The notes under the pieces: model-generated
The model's database searches: none
Told to the model about the DNA's origin: nothing
Seen by the model: only the letters and a program-made list of their open reading frames with translations
Shown: in pieces, positions 26,473 through 36,177 of the stretch
Numbering within the stretch: position 1 is the first letter of the stretch
Layout: every line of letters begins with the position of its first letter
IMG/VR virus record: IMGVR_UViG_3300022697_000104
Coordinates: 1-42,054 of that record
Direction: 5' to 3' (one strand)
DNA length: 42,054 nt
Source of the DNA: a virus
Taxonomy: Duplodnaviria; Caudoviricetes
Made by a program: the position numbers and the translations under genes

Positions 26473-27453
26473 TTAACCAAATCCGCCACCTACAGCACCA
26501 AATATACTACCAACATTAAGACCTGTTCCTGGAACTCCAGCACCAAAGAGACCACCTATTTCATTACCGAAACCTTGACCACCAAGCAAACCACCCAAGG
26601 CTCCACCTAGAGAGAATCCTCCAGTTTGTGGAGTTTGTACAATTTGTTGCGTTGGAGACTGTGCAAATCCAATAGCTGAACTAAGTAACGGATTAAATTG
26701 TGGTAAGTTACTTTGAATTCTTTGTTGTCTAAGTTGACGAAAGAAATCCTCTTGTGCAATTAGCTGTGCATTTCGCTGCTCAGGAGCAACTTCTCGTTGT
26801 CTTGCAAGACCAACTCCTGCAACTTGGTTTTGCTCAGCTTGCAAAGTAGCCTGTTGATTTGCAAGAAGTCTAGTTTGTTCAAGCTTACCTAGTTCTGAAC
26901 CTATAACACTTGTCGCTTGTCTGTTCGCATCTTGAAGAAGACTTCCAAGTGTGTTGCCTACGCGTGAAGAAAACCTACTACCTCCCGCACTTGCTGCTTG
27001 TTGAATTGCAGGAGTTTCCCTTTCAATTAGTTGTTGAATAGAAAGGTTTAAAGGATTTTCAACTGTGTCTTTAAACGTGCTTAGAAAAGCATCTTTACCA
27101 ATTAAAGAACCGGTTTGTCCAGAGAGTAATCTACTCAAAGCACTATCACTTCCTGCAAAAGTAGAATTTGGATCAAAACCTGAAATATTGTCTCTAAGTT
27201 GTCTTTGAAAAGGCGTAGTGTTAAATAGTCGTGTAGCTTGATTACTGGTAGCTGCCAGACTTCCCGGCAAGGCTCCTTTTGACTTCTGAAAAGTACTAGG
27301 GTCTGTAAATAAGTTACTTCCAAAAAACTCAGCAAGTTTTTTCTGTATATCTTGCTGACCCGCAGATAAAAGACTACGACTACTTGTATCCACTCCATCA
27401 TTACCACCAAATAACCCACCAACAGCTCCAGTTACCGAAGATAACAAACCCAT
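26473..27453 (-). CDS. Internal virion / DNA pilot protein
   Basis: Gly-rich hydrophobic termini (MGLLSSVTGAVGGLFGG; GGALGGLLGG), Q-rich core. Confidence 0.7.
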   Translation of the reverse strand: MGLLSSVTGAVGGLFGGNDGVDTSSRSLLSAGQQDIQKKLAEFFGSNLFTDPSTFQKSKGALPGSLAATSNQATRLFNTTPFQRQLRDNISGFDPNSTFAGSDSALSRLLSGQTGSLIGKDAFLSTFKDTVENPLNLSIQQLIERETPAIQQAASAGGSRFSSRVGNTLGSLLQDANRQATSVIGSELGKLEQTRLLANQQATLQAEQNQVAGVGLARQREVAPEQRNAQLIAQEDFFRQLRQQRIQSNLPQFNPLLSSAIGFAQSPTQQIVQTPQTGGFSLGGALGGLLGGQGFGNEIGGLFGAGVPGTGLNVGSIFGAVGGGFG

Positions 27454-27454
27454 T

Positions 27455-27946
27455 TTATTTTTCCTTTACAACAGGGTCTAAGATTTCATTTTTATGAAGA
27501 GGAAATTCAAAATCATCTGGAATAACAAACTCCATAGTTGTTGACATGTTTTTGAATTTCCAAAGTTTGGAGACCCCCATTGGGTCTCTGTAAGATTCTA
27601 TTCTTAATTTATTTTTTCCAAAATTCTCAGTCCAAAGAATTACCCTATGCATGAGAGAGTCAATAAGATCAATATTTGTTTTTTCTGTATTTCTCCAAAC
27701 TTGATAAATTAAAACTTGCGATTTTTCTGGGTAATTTACTGCAAGAATAAAAGCTAAAAGGTCTCCAACTTTTTTAGTTTCTTTATCATAATCCCAAGTC
27801 TGAAGAAGATAAATATTTTCTCCATTTGTTTCAAGGCCATTCTTAAGTTCTTTTATAGTCCTTTCATGGTCCATGTCTACTTCATCAAGAAGAAAGTAAT
27901 CCATTTCATCAACGCCGTCAGAATTTCGCACTCGGATTGTTTTCAT
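27455..27946 (-). CDS. Possible GNAT-fold virion assembly protein (T7 gp13-like position)
   Basis: Size, beta/alpha pattern (LLAFILA..VLIYQVW..W..FG..KLRIES..WKFK) and position before the ejection genes. Confidence 0.45.
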   Translation of the reverse strand: MKTIRVRNSDGVDEMDYFLLDEVDMDHERTIKELKNGLETNGENIYLLQTWDYDKETKKVGDLLAFILAVNYPEKSQVLIYQVWRNTEKTNIDLIDSLMHRVILWTENFGKNKLRIESYRDPMGVSKLWKFKNMSTTMEFVIPDDFEFPLHKNEILDPVVKEK

Positions 27947-28776
27947 TTCAATTTCGCCTTTATTTTGTTAAGTAAATAATTAATTTTTCTATCCAACACT
28001 AACGCTCTTTTTGTGCATTTAGGACAAGTAGAGACAGCTCCCCAAGAAACTAATTTCATATGCATAGACATAAAAAGACCAAAACTCCTATCCTTAATTG
28101 CTAACTTCCACATTGTCTCTATATAGTCAGAACGCTCCGTTTTAATTATTTCAAATCCCGGAGCTTTTATTCTTGTTGTTCCCCAAGAACTAGGATATAC
28201 TTTCCTTTTATCTACATCAACAACTGCAAAGAATATTATAAATAGTTTTGTTAAGAAGAAATATTCAACAGTTACACCATTTATTTTTTTAGGTAATCTT
28301 TGCTTTAAGTCTTTCTCCTGTTTTAACAAAGTTTCAAAATCTTCAAATTGAACAACAATATCGTAATCTTTTGGAGGTCTCTTTGTTCCTTTAACTACTA
28401 AAGACCCTGTAAGTCCTATTAGAGAAATCCCTGAAATACCCTTAAGCCATCCTATTTGTTTTTTAATCTCTGACCATTCTGGAGGAACCACAATCTCAGC
28501 ACCTCGTCGATACTTCCAAATAAAACTCATCATAAAATCATAGGCAACTTTATATTTAAAAACTTTATATAAATATTCCCCTATGTTATTTACCCTTCTC
28601 CCACAGTATGGACCTCCTTTTATTTTGCAAAATCTTTCACAAAATACAACTGTCGTCACAAAGGGCCTCCCAAACATATCTGAGTGCCATTTACAATGAT
28701 TTTTAAAAAGTGAATCACATTGAGGTAAACTAAACTTCAAGGGTCTTTTAATTCCTATTTTAAGTCTGTGACTCAT
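27943..28776 (-). CDS. Cys-rich protein with Pol-beta-superfamily nucleotidyltransferase motif
   Basis: IGLTGSLV...KDYDIVV...VTVEYF; N-terminal Cys/His cluster; C-terminal CPKC; ATGA-coupled at both ends. Confidence 0.6.
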   Translation of the reverse strand: MSHRLKIGIKRPLKFSLPQCDSLFKNHCKWHSDMFGRPFVTTVVFCERFCKIKGGPYCGRRVNNIGEYLYKVFKYKVAYDFMMSFIWKYRRGAEIVVPPEWSEIKKQIGWLKGISGISLIGLTGSLVVKGTKRPPKDYDIVVQFEDFETLLKQEKDLKQRLPKKINGVTVEYFFLTKLFIIFFAVVDVDKRKVYPSSWGTTRIKAPGFEIIKTERSDYIETMWKLAIKDRSFGLFMSMHMKLVSWGAVSTCPKCTKRALVLDRKINYLLNKIKAKLK

Positions 28777-29210
28777 GAAGATACCCAATCAAAAGATACG
28801 TCGTAAACCCAATTTGTTTCAGTTCCTCCAATACAGTCTGTTGTCCAAGTATCTCCAGAGTTATAGGAAAGAGTTAATTCTAGTATTGGACCACTAGGAC
28901 AACATTCTACAGTGTAAGTTCCACTTTGACCTGCACCTTGTAAACATAAAGTATCCATTTTCCCTTGAATGCATTTAGCAACAGGAAATGCGCATGAACC
29001 GGTAATACCACTATTTTGAATTGTTGTTACAGGGAAATCTATTTCAGCAGTATCACAAACAAATTCTGTCCCCGCAGATTCAATAGTATCCGTATCTTCC
29101 CAACAATTATTAGCATCGCAACTAAAAATACATGGACAATTTGCACATAGAACTATTTTACCTAAAACATTCTTAATCACTTTTCCTGTTTGTGTCCAAA
29201 AAGAACTCAT
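28773..29210 (-). CDS. Cys-rich tail-region protein
   Basis: GKIVLCANCPCIFSC...; ATGA overlap with the upstream gene supports a start at 29210. Confidence 0.7.
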   Translation of the reverse strand: MSSFWTQTGKVIKNVLGKIVLCANCPCIFSCDANNCWEDTDTIESAGTEFVCDTAEIDFPVTTIQNSGITGSCAFPVAKCIQGKMDTLCLQGAGQSGTYTVECCPSGPILELTLSYNSGDTWTTDCIGGTETNWVYDVSFDWVSS

Positions 29211-29653
29211 AGGCATGCCGCCGTATCTACCCAAGCCAGTCCGCCTGAAGCACTATGGGTGAGTACTTGTTGATTGCCAGCAGTGTAACCTGAAATTGTA
29301 GAAATATCTAGGAAATAAGTTAATTTATTTGAAACTCTTTCTACATCAAGATCATGATCTTTTGTAGCATCCCGAGTAGAAGTTTGTAAGTTATTAAGCA
29401 AGAGTTCTAGAAAGTTTGCTGTCTGTCCATCTGCAAGTGCAACAAGTTCATCAAGTCCATTAGCTTGAATTATTGTTTGAAATACATTATTAACATCACC
29501 TTCCTCGATAAAAAGATTAAGTATACTATCTGCTGTAAATCTGCCATTTAATCTTCTGAGATAATCCAATAAATCCCGAATCCATTTCTCCATAGATGCC
29601 TTATCTTCAACATTAGGCATAAGAGGAAGTTGTTGACCGCTTGTTATACTCAT
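29207..29653 (-). CDS. Tail/fibre-associated protein
   Basis: Follows tail tubular B; C-terminal QVLTHSASGGLAWVD fibre-like motif. Confidence 0.6.
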   Translation of the reverse strand: MSITSGQQLPLMPNVEDKASMEKWIRDLLDYLRRLNGRFTADSILNLFIEEGDVNNVFQTIIQANGLDELVALADGQTANFLELLLNNLQTSTRDATKDHDLDVERVSNKLTYFLDISTISGYTAGNQQVLTHSASGGLAWVDTAACL

Positions 29654-31521
29654 CTAGCACCACCAGGACGAACCCATATTCTCAACCATTTAAGACTAAA
29701 ACCGCTTCCATTTGTATAAAAACGAAGTCTACAAGTTTCTCCAAATACGTCAACAGGAAATTTATACCTTGTCCAATTAGAAGTAAGAACTTGATCAGTT
29801 ACTACGTTCTTCCATGAAATTCCAGCATCCACAGAAATATCAATCGTGACTTTTGCACCTCTAAGTTCTACATCAACATCTATCCAACGACCAAATTCTG
29901 AAGCGTAAACTTGAGGAAATGTAAAATCTTTAGAATTCCAAACGGAGGTAAAGGAAGTTCCATTGTCATCTTGACTAATACCGTCAGATTGAAAAGTAAC
30001 TCCTGCCTGCGTTCCTAAGATACGAACTGGAAATCCTTCTCTAATTGACCCACTATTCCATGGTAGTGTTTGATCAATATCCTTTGCTCCTCCAGTCCAT
30101 GAGGTAGAGGCAAGGATTCCAGCATCCCAAGTAAGGCCAGTGCCTGTCGAAACTTCATCTCCTCTTGTAAAGAATCCCATAGAAGTAATTTGGTCATTGT
30201 AAACATGGGGACTCCATCTTGTGTTTTCTATCTTAAATAGATCATACTCTACAAGGTAAATTCTAGTTGTTGTTCCTGATGTTGGAATTACAAAATAAAC
30301 TTCATTTACAGGTGAGTCATGAAAAGCAAAGGCTTGATTTGCTAAGTCTAAGTTTATGTTTCCCCTGTAATCTCCCTGTGCTGCATCGCCAACAGTTCTC
30401 AAAAGTCTTGTACCATCGAATAGATAGAAGTTCTCTTGTGAAATATAAATATGAAAAGGTCCGAGATTTACAATGGCTCTAGGTGAAAGAAGTCTAGTCT
30501 CCCGTAAGACTTGCTCATATGAGAATACTAAATTACCCCCAACAAAAGCAAACAGACCTATTGCATTTTCTGAGTATATTGCAAGCCTATCTCCAAGATT
30601 TAAAAGTTTAAGAATTGGACCTTGAGAATCTGGTAGTAGTTGTTCTCCAGCCGTATCATTAACTCCAGAAGTAAAACCATCTGCCTCTTGGAAGTTTCCA
30701 TCATTACTCCAAATAAGATATTTTTCCTTTGTTGCTGCGTCTGTAAAATTTCCAAAAACTAAGTGATTAAAAAACAAAGCAACTGTAGTAGCCTTAAAGG
30801 AACCTCCGGCATTTATGTCTGCCGGATTATAATTAGAAAACTGTCCAGTTCCATCATACCAAAGAACATTGTCTATTCCATTAGTAACAAAGAGATAAGT
30901 ATCTGTATCATCTGTACCAACAACCCAATCTATTGGATTGTTTATTGTTCCTGTAGAAGGAACAACCAAAGAGGCTGTTTCATCCGTTGCTCCGTTTGTA
31001 GTTGCCACTGCTAAAACATTATCAGATACAACAATATCGGTATCAGGATTACTAAAGTTAACAGATACTGCCTGATAAACTCCTGCGTTTGTAGTTCCGA
31101 TGATTTTTATATAATCACCAGCACTATAAACACTCGACTGATCTCCAGTTAACACAATGTTTCTAGGACTTGATCCAGCAGTAAATTGTCTACAAACGTC
31201 TAATTCTCCCCCGTCTTGAGAAATATTTATCCACTTATCTGTTGTTTTATCAAATTTAAATTGATACTTTGTTGTAATAGCAACAAGTTGACGAGCACCA
31301 GATTCAGTACTCCACTCTATTAGTTCCATCACAGGATCAATAAGACTATTCCCAAGGGTAAGATATCCCGACCTTGAACGTAACAAACCATCAGTTACTA
31401 CAACATTCTCCATTAAAGGAGAAAATTGTGGATTAATTAAAGTTGCAGGATCAATAGAATCCATCCCACTGTGAGGATAAATACTATCAACAGAAACATA
31501 ACCCTGTTGTGGTCTGGTCAT
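29650..31521 (-). CDS. Tail tubular protein B / head-stabilisation nozzle protein
   Basis: 623-aa beta-rich protein; ENVV..DGLLRSRSGY, LIWS, GDRLAIYSEN, SVDAGISW, RLRF. Confidence 0.75.
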   Translation of the reverse strand: MTRPQQGYVSVDSIYPHSGMDSIDPATLINPQFSPLMENVVVTDGLLRSRSGYLTLGNSLIDPVMELIEWSTESGARQLVAITTKYQFKFDKTTDKWINISQDGGELDVCRQFTAGSSPRNIVLTGDQSSVYSAGDYIKIIGTTNAGVYQAVSVNFSNPDTDIVVSDNVLAVATTNGATDETASLVVPSTGTINNPIDWVVGTDDTDTYLFVTNGIDNVLWYDGTGQFSNYNPADINAGGSFKATTVALFFNHLVFGNFTDAATKEKYLIWSNDGNFQEADGFTSGVNDTAGEQLLPDSQGPILKLLNLGDRLAIYSENAIGLFAFVGGNLVFSYEQVLRETRLLSPRAIVNLGPFHIYISQENFYLFDGTRLLRTVGDAAQGDYRGNINLDLANQAFAFHDSPVNEVYFVIPTSGTTTRIYLVEYDLFKIENTRWSPHVYNDQITSMGFFTRGDEVSTGTGLTWDAGILASTSWTGGAKDIDQTLPWNSGSIREGFPVRILGTQAGVTFQSDGISQDDNGTSFTSVWNSKDFTFPQVYASEFGRWIDVDVELRGAKVTIDISVDAGISWKNVVTDQVLTSNWTRYKFPVDVFGETCRLRFYTNGSGFSLKWLRIWVRPGGAR

Positions 31522-32330
31522 TATTTAATCCTTATAATCCAGACAACTGTGAAGTTAAAAGGTTGAGTTTCATTACCTGGACGAGCGGCTCCTGCGGCAG
31601 TTAAATCTGCAGGAGCATTAACATCAATAATACTTTTAGTGCTAGCATCTGTAGCCGCAGTACTGTTAGCCTTTGCAAAGTTATCAGAACCTCCAAGAGT
31701 TACATTATTTCTTTCAAAAATTCTATGATCGTGGTGCTGAATTGTGTCATCAGCAAAAACACCTGACGTATCCCCACCTCTAAGAAACACACCTCCACCC
31801 GCAGTTATTGCCGCCGAACGATTTGTTGCATCATTGAGATCAGGAATTACCTCAGTGTTCATTGGTGAATCAGTATCACTAATCGTCTGACCATTGCATT
31901 CAAGCCAAAGACCTGGAAGACTAGGCACTCCAGTCATTGATTTATGCCAACCAATAATTGTACCGACTGGCATTATAGACCTACTAATTGTATCTGTTAA
32001 TGCATTTACTAAAGTATCAGTAAATGCACTACCATTCCAATGTTGTAAAACATCAGTATCGCTGTCTATAAACAATCTTCCATTATCCTCTGCTGCAAGG
32101 GAAGTTCCCTCAAGCCTTGTAGTTGGTGCAGTTGCTTGATAAAATGAAACAGCACTACCTGCAAGGTGAGCTCCACCGGCAGAACTTGCCGCAGCTGTCA
32201 CATGTTCTTTATCTTGCCTAATGCCAAAGGCTTTACGAACATCCCGAATCTCCTTTGCACCATCTTTAATAAGATCAGCATCAGCAGGAGCCGTAACGTC
32301 CCAACCTGTACCTGTTCCATCATGTGCCAT
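31521..32330 (-). CDS. Short tail fibre with collar domain
   Basis: PVGTIIGW..WLECNGQ..PDL..FLRG..QHHDH..ETQPFN..WIIRIK. Confidence 0.85.
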   Translation of the reverse strand: MAHDGTGTGWDVTAPADADLIKDGAKEIRDVRKAFGIRQDKEHVTAAASSAGGAHLAGSAVSFYQATAPTTRLEGTSLAAEDNGRLFIDSDTDVLQHWNGSAFTDTLVNALTDTISRSIMPVGTIIGWHKSMTGVPSLPGLWLECNGQTISDTDSPMNTEVIPDLNDATNRSAAITAGGGVFLRGGDTSGVFADDTIQHHDHRIFERNNVTLGGSDNFAKANSTAATDASTKSIIDVNAPADLTAAGAARPGNETQPFNFTVVWIIRIK

Positions 32331-32341
32331 TAAATTGCTCC

Positions 32342-33004
32342 TTAATCTACAAAGGGTCTAAGCCAAGGAGTCGGACCAGTGTCCAAATCCTTCCTTCTTT
32401 CATCAAAAACTCTGACAATATTTCGTCTTCTATTATCTGCACGTTTGGCTCTGATAAGAGCTTTCTCAAACTTCTTCTCCCACAAAACTGCCAATTGTTC
32501 TTTTTCAATAGCTGCAAATACATAAGATATTACAAAAGAAGTAACTGCTCCATCAATATTTCGAATGGTGTTTTCTGCTCCATCAACTGGCTGCTTAGAA
32601 TATCTTAAGTTTAGTGTATAGGCGGAATCAGGAATAGGTGCTAGATACAAAGTATCCCCTTTTATATAACAATATGTTGGTCTTGATTCATTTGTATCTG
32701 TTACATCAGGAAAAAGCCTATCAAATTTTTCTTCACTAACATAGTCAAGAATATAACTTTGCTCAGTTCCCTGAATAAGCCTAACACTAAAAAGCTGAAA
32801 AATCCCTAAAGAAGATAAGTCAATTGTTTGAGTAGAAGCCACAGTTAAAATTGTATTATCTGCAAACTTAATATCTCGCCAAGTATGACTGTTCGCGATC
32901 TCCTCTAGGGCAAGGTCAATGGCACTAACTATCAGAGCAGACTTATCTGTCCGACCTGTTGCTTCTTCTACCGCCGTCTTAATTGCCGCTCTTGAAAGTG
33001 CCAT
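32342..33004 (-). CDS. Head-tail adaptor / tail tubular protein A
   Basis: RPTYCY...LYLAPIPDSAYTLNLRY motif; position after the capsid genes. Confidence 0.75.
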   Translation of the reverse strand: MALSRAAIKTAVEEATGRTDKSALIVSAIDLALEEIANSHTWRDIKFADNTILTVASTQTIDLSSLGIFQLFSVRLIQGTEQSYILDYVSEEKFDRLFPDVTDTNESRPTYCYIKGDTLYLAPIPDSAYTLNLRYSKQPVDGAENTIRNIDGAVTSFVISYVFAAIEKEQLAVLWEKKFEKALIRAKRADNRRRNIVRVFDERRKDLDTGPTPWLRPFVD

Positions 33005-33016
33005 CGTTTAACTCCA

Positions 33017-33286
33017 CTAATTTGTAATTTTTGTCCATGTGTGAGTAGTAGAATCAGTATATGCTGTACAAATATAAACATCATCATTATCCCCATCATA
33101 ACCTAAAGTATTTACTGTTAAAGGATCAGTAGCAGCTGTATTATCCGCCGGTGCCCCTCCGATGAGTAGTATCATACGATTAGGAAATGAATGTCGGGGA
33201 ATTCGTGCATTCTTGAAACCCATTGCCTTGAGAATTTTATTCCCAAGTTGCTGACTTATTGTGTATTGTTTTGATGTTGCTGCCAT
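33017..33286 (-). CDS. Small virion protein
   Basis: GGAG SD; inside the structural operon. Confidence 0.65.
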   Translation of the reverse strand: MAATSKQYTISQQLGNKILKAMGFKNARIPRHSFPNRMILLIGGAPADNTAATDPLTVNTLGYDGDNDDVYICTAYTDSTTHTWTKITN

Positions 33287-33305
33287 AATTTATTACTCCA
33301 TGTTA

Positions 33306-33320
33306 TTTCAGTCTTTGAAT
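33306..33320. promoter_or_regulatory. TTTCA-N5-TGAA palindromic site
   Basis: TTTCAGTCTTTGAAT immediately upstream of the SD of the 33286 gene. Confidence 0.55.
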
Positions 33321-33325
33321 ACTCA

Positions 33326-33366
33326 ATAGACTAGGGATGTTTCAAACTAACCCATCCCTAGTCTAT
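33326..33366 (-). terminator. 14-bp perfect hairpin after the capsid/decoration genes (terminator or processing site)
   Basis: ATAGACTAGGGATG-N13-CATCCCTAGTCTAT; no clear U-tract. Confidence 0.6.
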
Positions 33367-33380
33367 CTAAGAGAAAGAAC

Positions 33381-33866
33381 TTAGTAAGGACAATCCAACA
33401 ACACAACCGCAGCTGCCTGAATAACTCCGCATTGAATTTTTGAATCTGCTCCAGCACCAGCGTCTGTAAGTAAAGCAAAATCGCTATCCGTGGCTCCAGC
33501 AGTGATACCCTGACCAATTGCTGGAGTCGTTCCAGTAATAGGTGTAGTAGCTGTCAACGTTGCTGGACCTTTAATTTGAATCCAACAATATTCACCATCC
33601 AATGGAGCACTGACTAGAACACCAGCAGGAACAGCAATTGTATCAGCAGTTGATACATCCGCAGTAACTGCATTCGTAGTATAACCTGTTGTTGCAATGT
33701 AGTTAACAGCATGTCCAACTACAGCAGCAATTGCACCTTTTGTAAACAGAGAATACTTATAACACTTGTTACCTACCCACCTGATATCCCCAAGGGCATC
33801 ATTGTGAGCACTTGTAGCACTATTAGTATCCGTAATTTGTGTAACCCAACTATGCTTTTCCGACAT
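33381..33866 (-). CDS. Capsid decoration/cement protein
   Basis: Ala/Thr-rich, YCWIQIKGP motif, directly after the major capsid gene. Confidence 0.7.
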   Translation of the reverse strand: MSEKHSWVTQITDTNSATSAHNDALGDIRWVGNKCYKYSLFTKGAIAAVVGHAVNYIATTGYTTNAVTADVSTADTIAVPAGVLVSAPLDGEYCWIQIKGPATLTATTPITGTTPAIGQGITAGATDSDFALLTDAGAGADSKIQCGVIQAAAVVLLDCPY

Positions 33867-33902
33867 TTTAATGTCTCCTTTTACAGTTAAAGTTTATTTA
33901 AA

Positions 33903-34901
33903 TTAATCATGACCAAGTCGGCCAAGATTCCGAGGTTGAGTGTTGATAACATTACATCGTGAAAGAATATGAGCAATACGATTTGTACTGAAAGGAATAT
34001 CCTTAAAGTTAGTCATTTGGAACCAAAGACCCGGATCATAAACCACCTCAATAAAGTTGGTATTCAAGAACAACATTTGATCTGCAGCCTGATCTGCCGA
34101 CCACATAACTGGCACGCCTTTAAACCTTAGAACGGAGAAACCCAAATCAGCAAGACGGGTAGTTTCATCTTTAATAATTTGACTTTGATCTAAAGCAAAT
34201 TCCTCATAAATTTCATGCTGTGTCTGTGTCATAACAATATGGGTAGGATTCGAATCCGCTCTGTTGTTCCCAATGGTGTTGTAAAACGTCTTCATATCCG
34301 AAAGCAAATTAGTTTCTGGATTTGCAGATTGTGCTTTATATTGTGGTTGCCACCAAGTATTATTCCTATCAAGTTTACCATAAGTAGCCGTACCTGTTGC
34401 GGCAGGTGCACCATTGGCATTATCCAAAGGAATCATATCATTAAGACCTTGAATTTCAAGGCCTGTTTCATCAGTCACAATCGTACCAAACAAAGCACTT
34501 TCGTAATCCTCTTTCATAGCTTGCACGGCGTCATTAATACGCTTTGTGACATAATCTTTAATCTTGTATTCTCCCGCATTTGCGGTATCATCAAGAAGAT
34601 TACGTTGAACATGTGTAGCCACGTTTCTCGGTCTCCAAATCGCCACGGTTTCAAGTTCTGGTTCACCCTGTGGCAATACGCTGTTTTTATCAACAGCTGT
34701 AACAGTTGTCTTACCATACTTAATTGTTCTGGTAATTGTATCGCCACCAACTTGTTTGGTGAAAGTTCCAGCATCCATTAACAACGCCCAAACTGGCGTA
34801 GCACTCATAATATTATCTATCGTCTCTGCTCGAATCAACTCCCAAACCTCAGCAAACTTATCATCAATAAGCCTAGTTCGAGAGGGTAGTGTCGTAGCCA
34901 T
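33903..34901 (-). CDS. Major capsid protein
   Basis: 332 aa after the scaffold; GGDTI, EIQGL, YGKLDR..WW, DLGF..L.FKGVP, MLFLN. Confidence 0.85.
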   Translation of the reverse strand: MATTLPSRTRLIDDKFAEVWELIRAETIDNIMSATPVWALLMDAGTFTKQVGGDTITRTIKYGKTTVTAVDKNSVLPQGEPELETVAIWRPRNVATHVQRNLLDDTANAGEYKIKDYVTKRINDAVQAMKEDYESALFGTIVTDETGLEIQGLNDMIPLDNANGAPAATGTATYGKLDRNNTWWQPQYKAQSANPETNLLSDMKTFYNTIGNNRADSNPTHIVMTQTQHEIYEEFALDQSQIIKDETTRLADLGFSVLRFKGVPVMWSADQAADQMLFLNTNFIEVVYDPGLWFQMTNFKDIPFSTNRIAHILSRCNVINTQPRNLGRLGHD

Positions 34902-34911
34902 TTTCTACTCC

Positions 34912-35613
34912 TTATTTAGAGAAAGCTTCATCAGCTGCCTCATTTAGTAAACGCTTGAACCCTTTTTGTCCTCGATACTCACCTGTAGCAGGCTTTGTAT
35001 CCATGACTCCAAAGGCATCAGGCTTCTCACTTTGAGTTCCTGTTTGTGAAATTAAAGTACCATCGCGGTTTTTAGCTATGAAGTAAAGTTCCTCCACTGG
35101 CAAAGTACCGTTGACTTGTTTGTTGATTTCTACCATTTGAGGTTTATACTTATCGAAGTCTGGATATTTCTTAGAAACCTCATCAATATTACTCTTAAGG
35201 CGGACACCTTCGGATGCTTCAAGAGAACTCCGTAAAGGAGCAATCTTATTATCTACATCCTTGAATCTTTTATCTATTAAAGGAACTAGAGAATCTATTG
35301 TCTTTTTGGCAATATATTTACCTAATTCGGATCTGGAAAGCTCGTCCAAATCAACGGGTTCTGAAGTGCCTTCAACTTCAGGGACGAGACCAGAATTATC
35401 TGTACCGTCTACAAGTCTGAGAACCTTACCCTCTTGCTGAGCAGAAAGAATTTCTCGAATTTGAGGATTAGATACAAGTTTCGCTAATTGTGAAGAAGCT
35501 GACATTTCGCTTTGTGTACTTTGCGTCAGCTTTTCTAGTTTATCTTCAAGAGCTGTATGCTGAGGAGTTTCCTCCTTAGTAGGCTTAGTTTCATTTTGTT
35601 CAGTTTCTGGCAT
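34912..35613 (-). CDS. Scaffolding protein
   Basis: Acidic helical protein (KYPDF) directly upstream of the capsid gene. Confidence 0.7.
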   Translation of the reverse strand: MPETEQNETKPTKEETPQHTALEDKLEKLTQSTQSEMSASSQLAKLVSNPQIREILSAQQEGKVLRLVDGTDNSGLVPEVEGTSEPVDLDELSRSELGKYIAKKTIDSLVPLIDKRFKDVDNKIAPLRSSLEASEGVRLKSNIDEVSKKYPDFDKYKPQMVEINKQVNGTLPVEELYFIAKNRDGTLISQTGTQSEKPDAFGVMDTKPATGEYRGQKGFKRLLNEAADEAFSK

Positions 35614-35896
35614 CTTGTTCTGCTTTCTCAGAGGCTAATCTCTGTTTTCTAATGTTATCTAAATGATTCTTTCGCGTGTAACGACCAAACCAAAGTTTGA
35701 ATTGTCTAAGAATTTCATTTTTATCCTTATATCCTAAAGGATAATCAGTAGTTTCTATCTTCCACAATCCATCTTTAGTCTTAATAAATTTAAGTTCGCA
35801 AAGGTTATCAGTTGACTTAGGCTTGATACTATCAGGACTAGGCAACCTTGTAGGAGTACTTACATTTCGCTTTGTTTGATTTATATTTTCATTCAT
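35600..35896 (-). CDS. Hypothetical protein
   Basis: ATGA-type coupling within the head operon. Confidence 0.65.
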   Translation of the reverse strand: MNENINQTKRNVSTPTRLPSPDSIKPKSTDNLCELKFIKTKDGLWKIETTDYPLGYKDKNEILRQFKLWFGRYTRKNHLDNIRKQRLASEKAEQDARN

Positions 35897-36177
35897 AATA
35901 GTGCAGAACTTGCAAGGCCTTTTTCTCTACAAGCCCTGCGTAATTCTCCTTTCGATGTAAAGTTCTTTGGACCTCCAGGCCAATGCTCAAGCGTTAATCC
36001 CTTCTTGGGCCACGCTAGCACTACTGGCCCCTGGGTTGGGTCCTTGAGCTGCCACTGTCTGACCATTTCCTTGTGACACTGGTCGCACACCGGAGGGGAT
36101 TTGTCCCGACTGTCCATTGGCCGAAGCTCCTCCTTGTACTTGCTGCAAGACTTGCATGAGTAACTGTACGTTGGCAT
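35893..36177 (-). CDS. FmdB-family zinc-ribbon protein, overlapping the portal 3' end
   Basis: MPTYSYSCKSC...CDQC; AAGGA upstream of ATG 36177. Confidence 0.8.
   Translation of the reverse strand: MPTYSYSCKSCSKYKEELRPMDSRDKSPPVCDQCHKEMVRQWQLKDPTQGPVVLAWPKKGLTLEHWPGGPKNFTSKGELRRACREKGLASSALL

Noticed and set aside
34215-34781. 188-aa plus-strand ORF
   Set aside because: Antisense shadow of the major capsid gene
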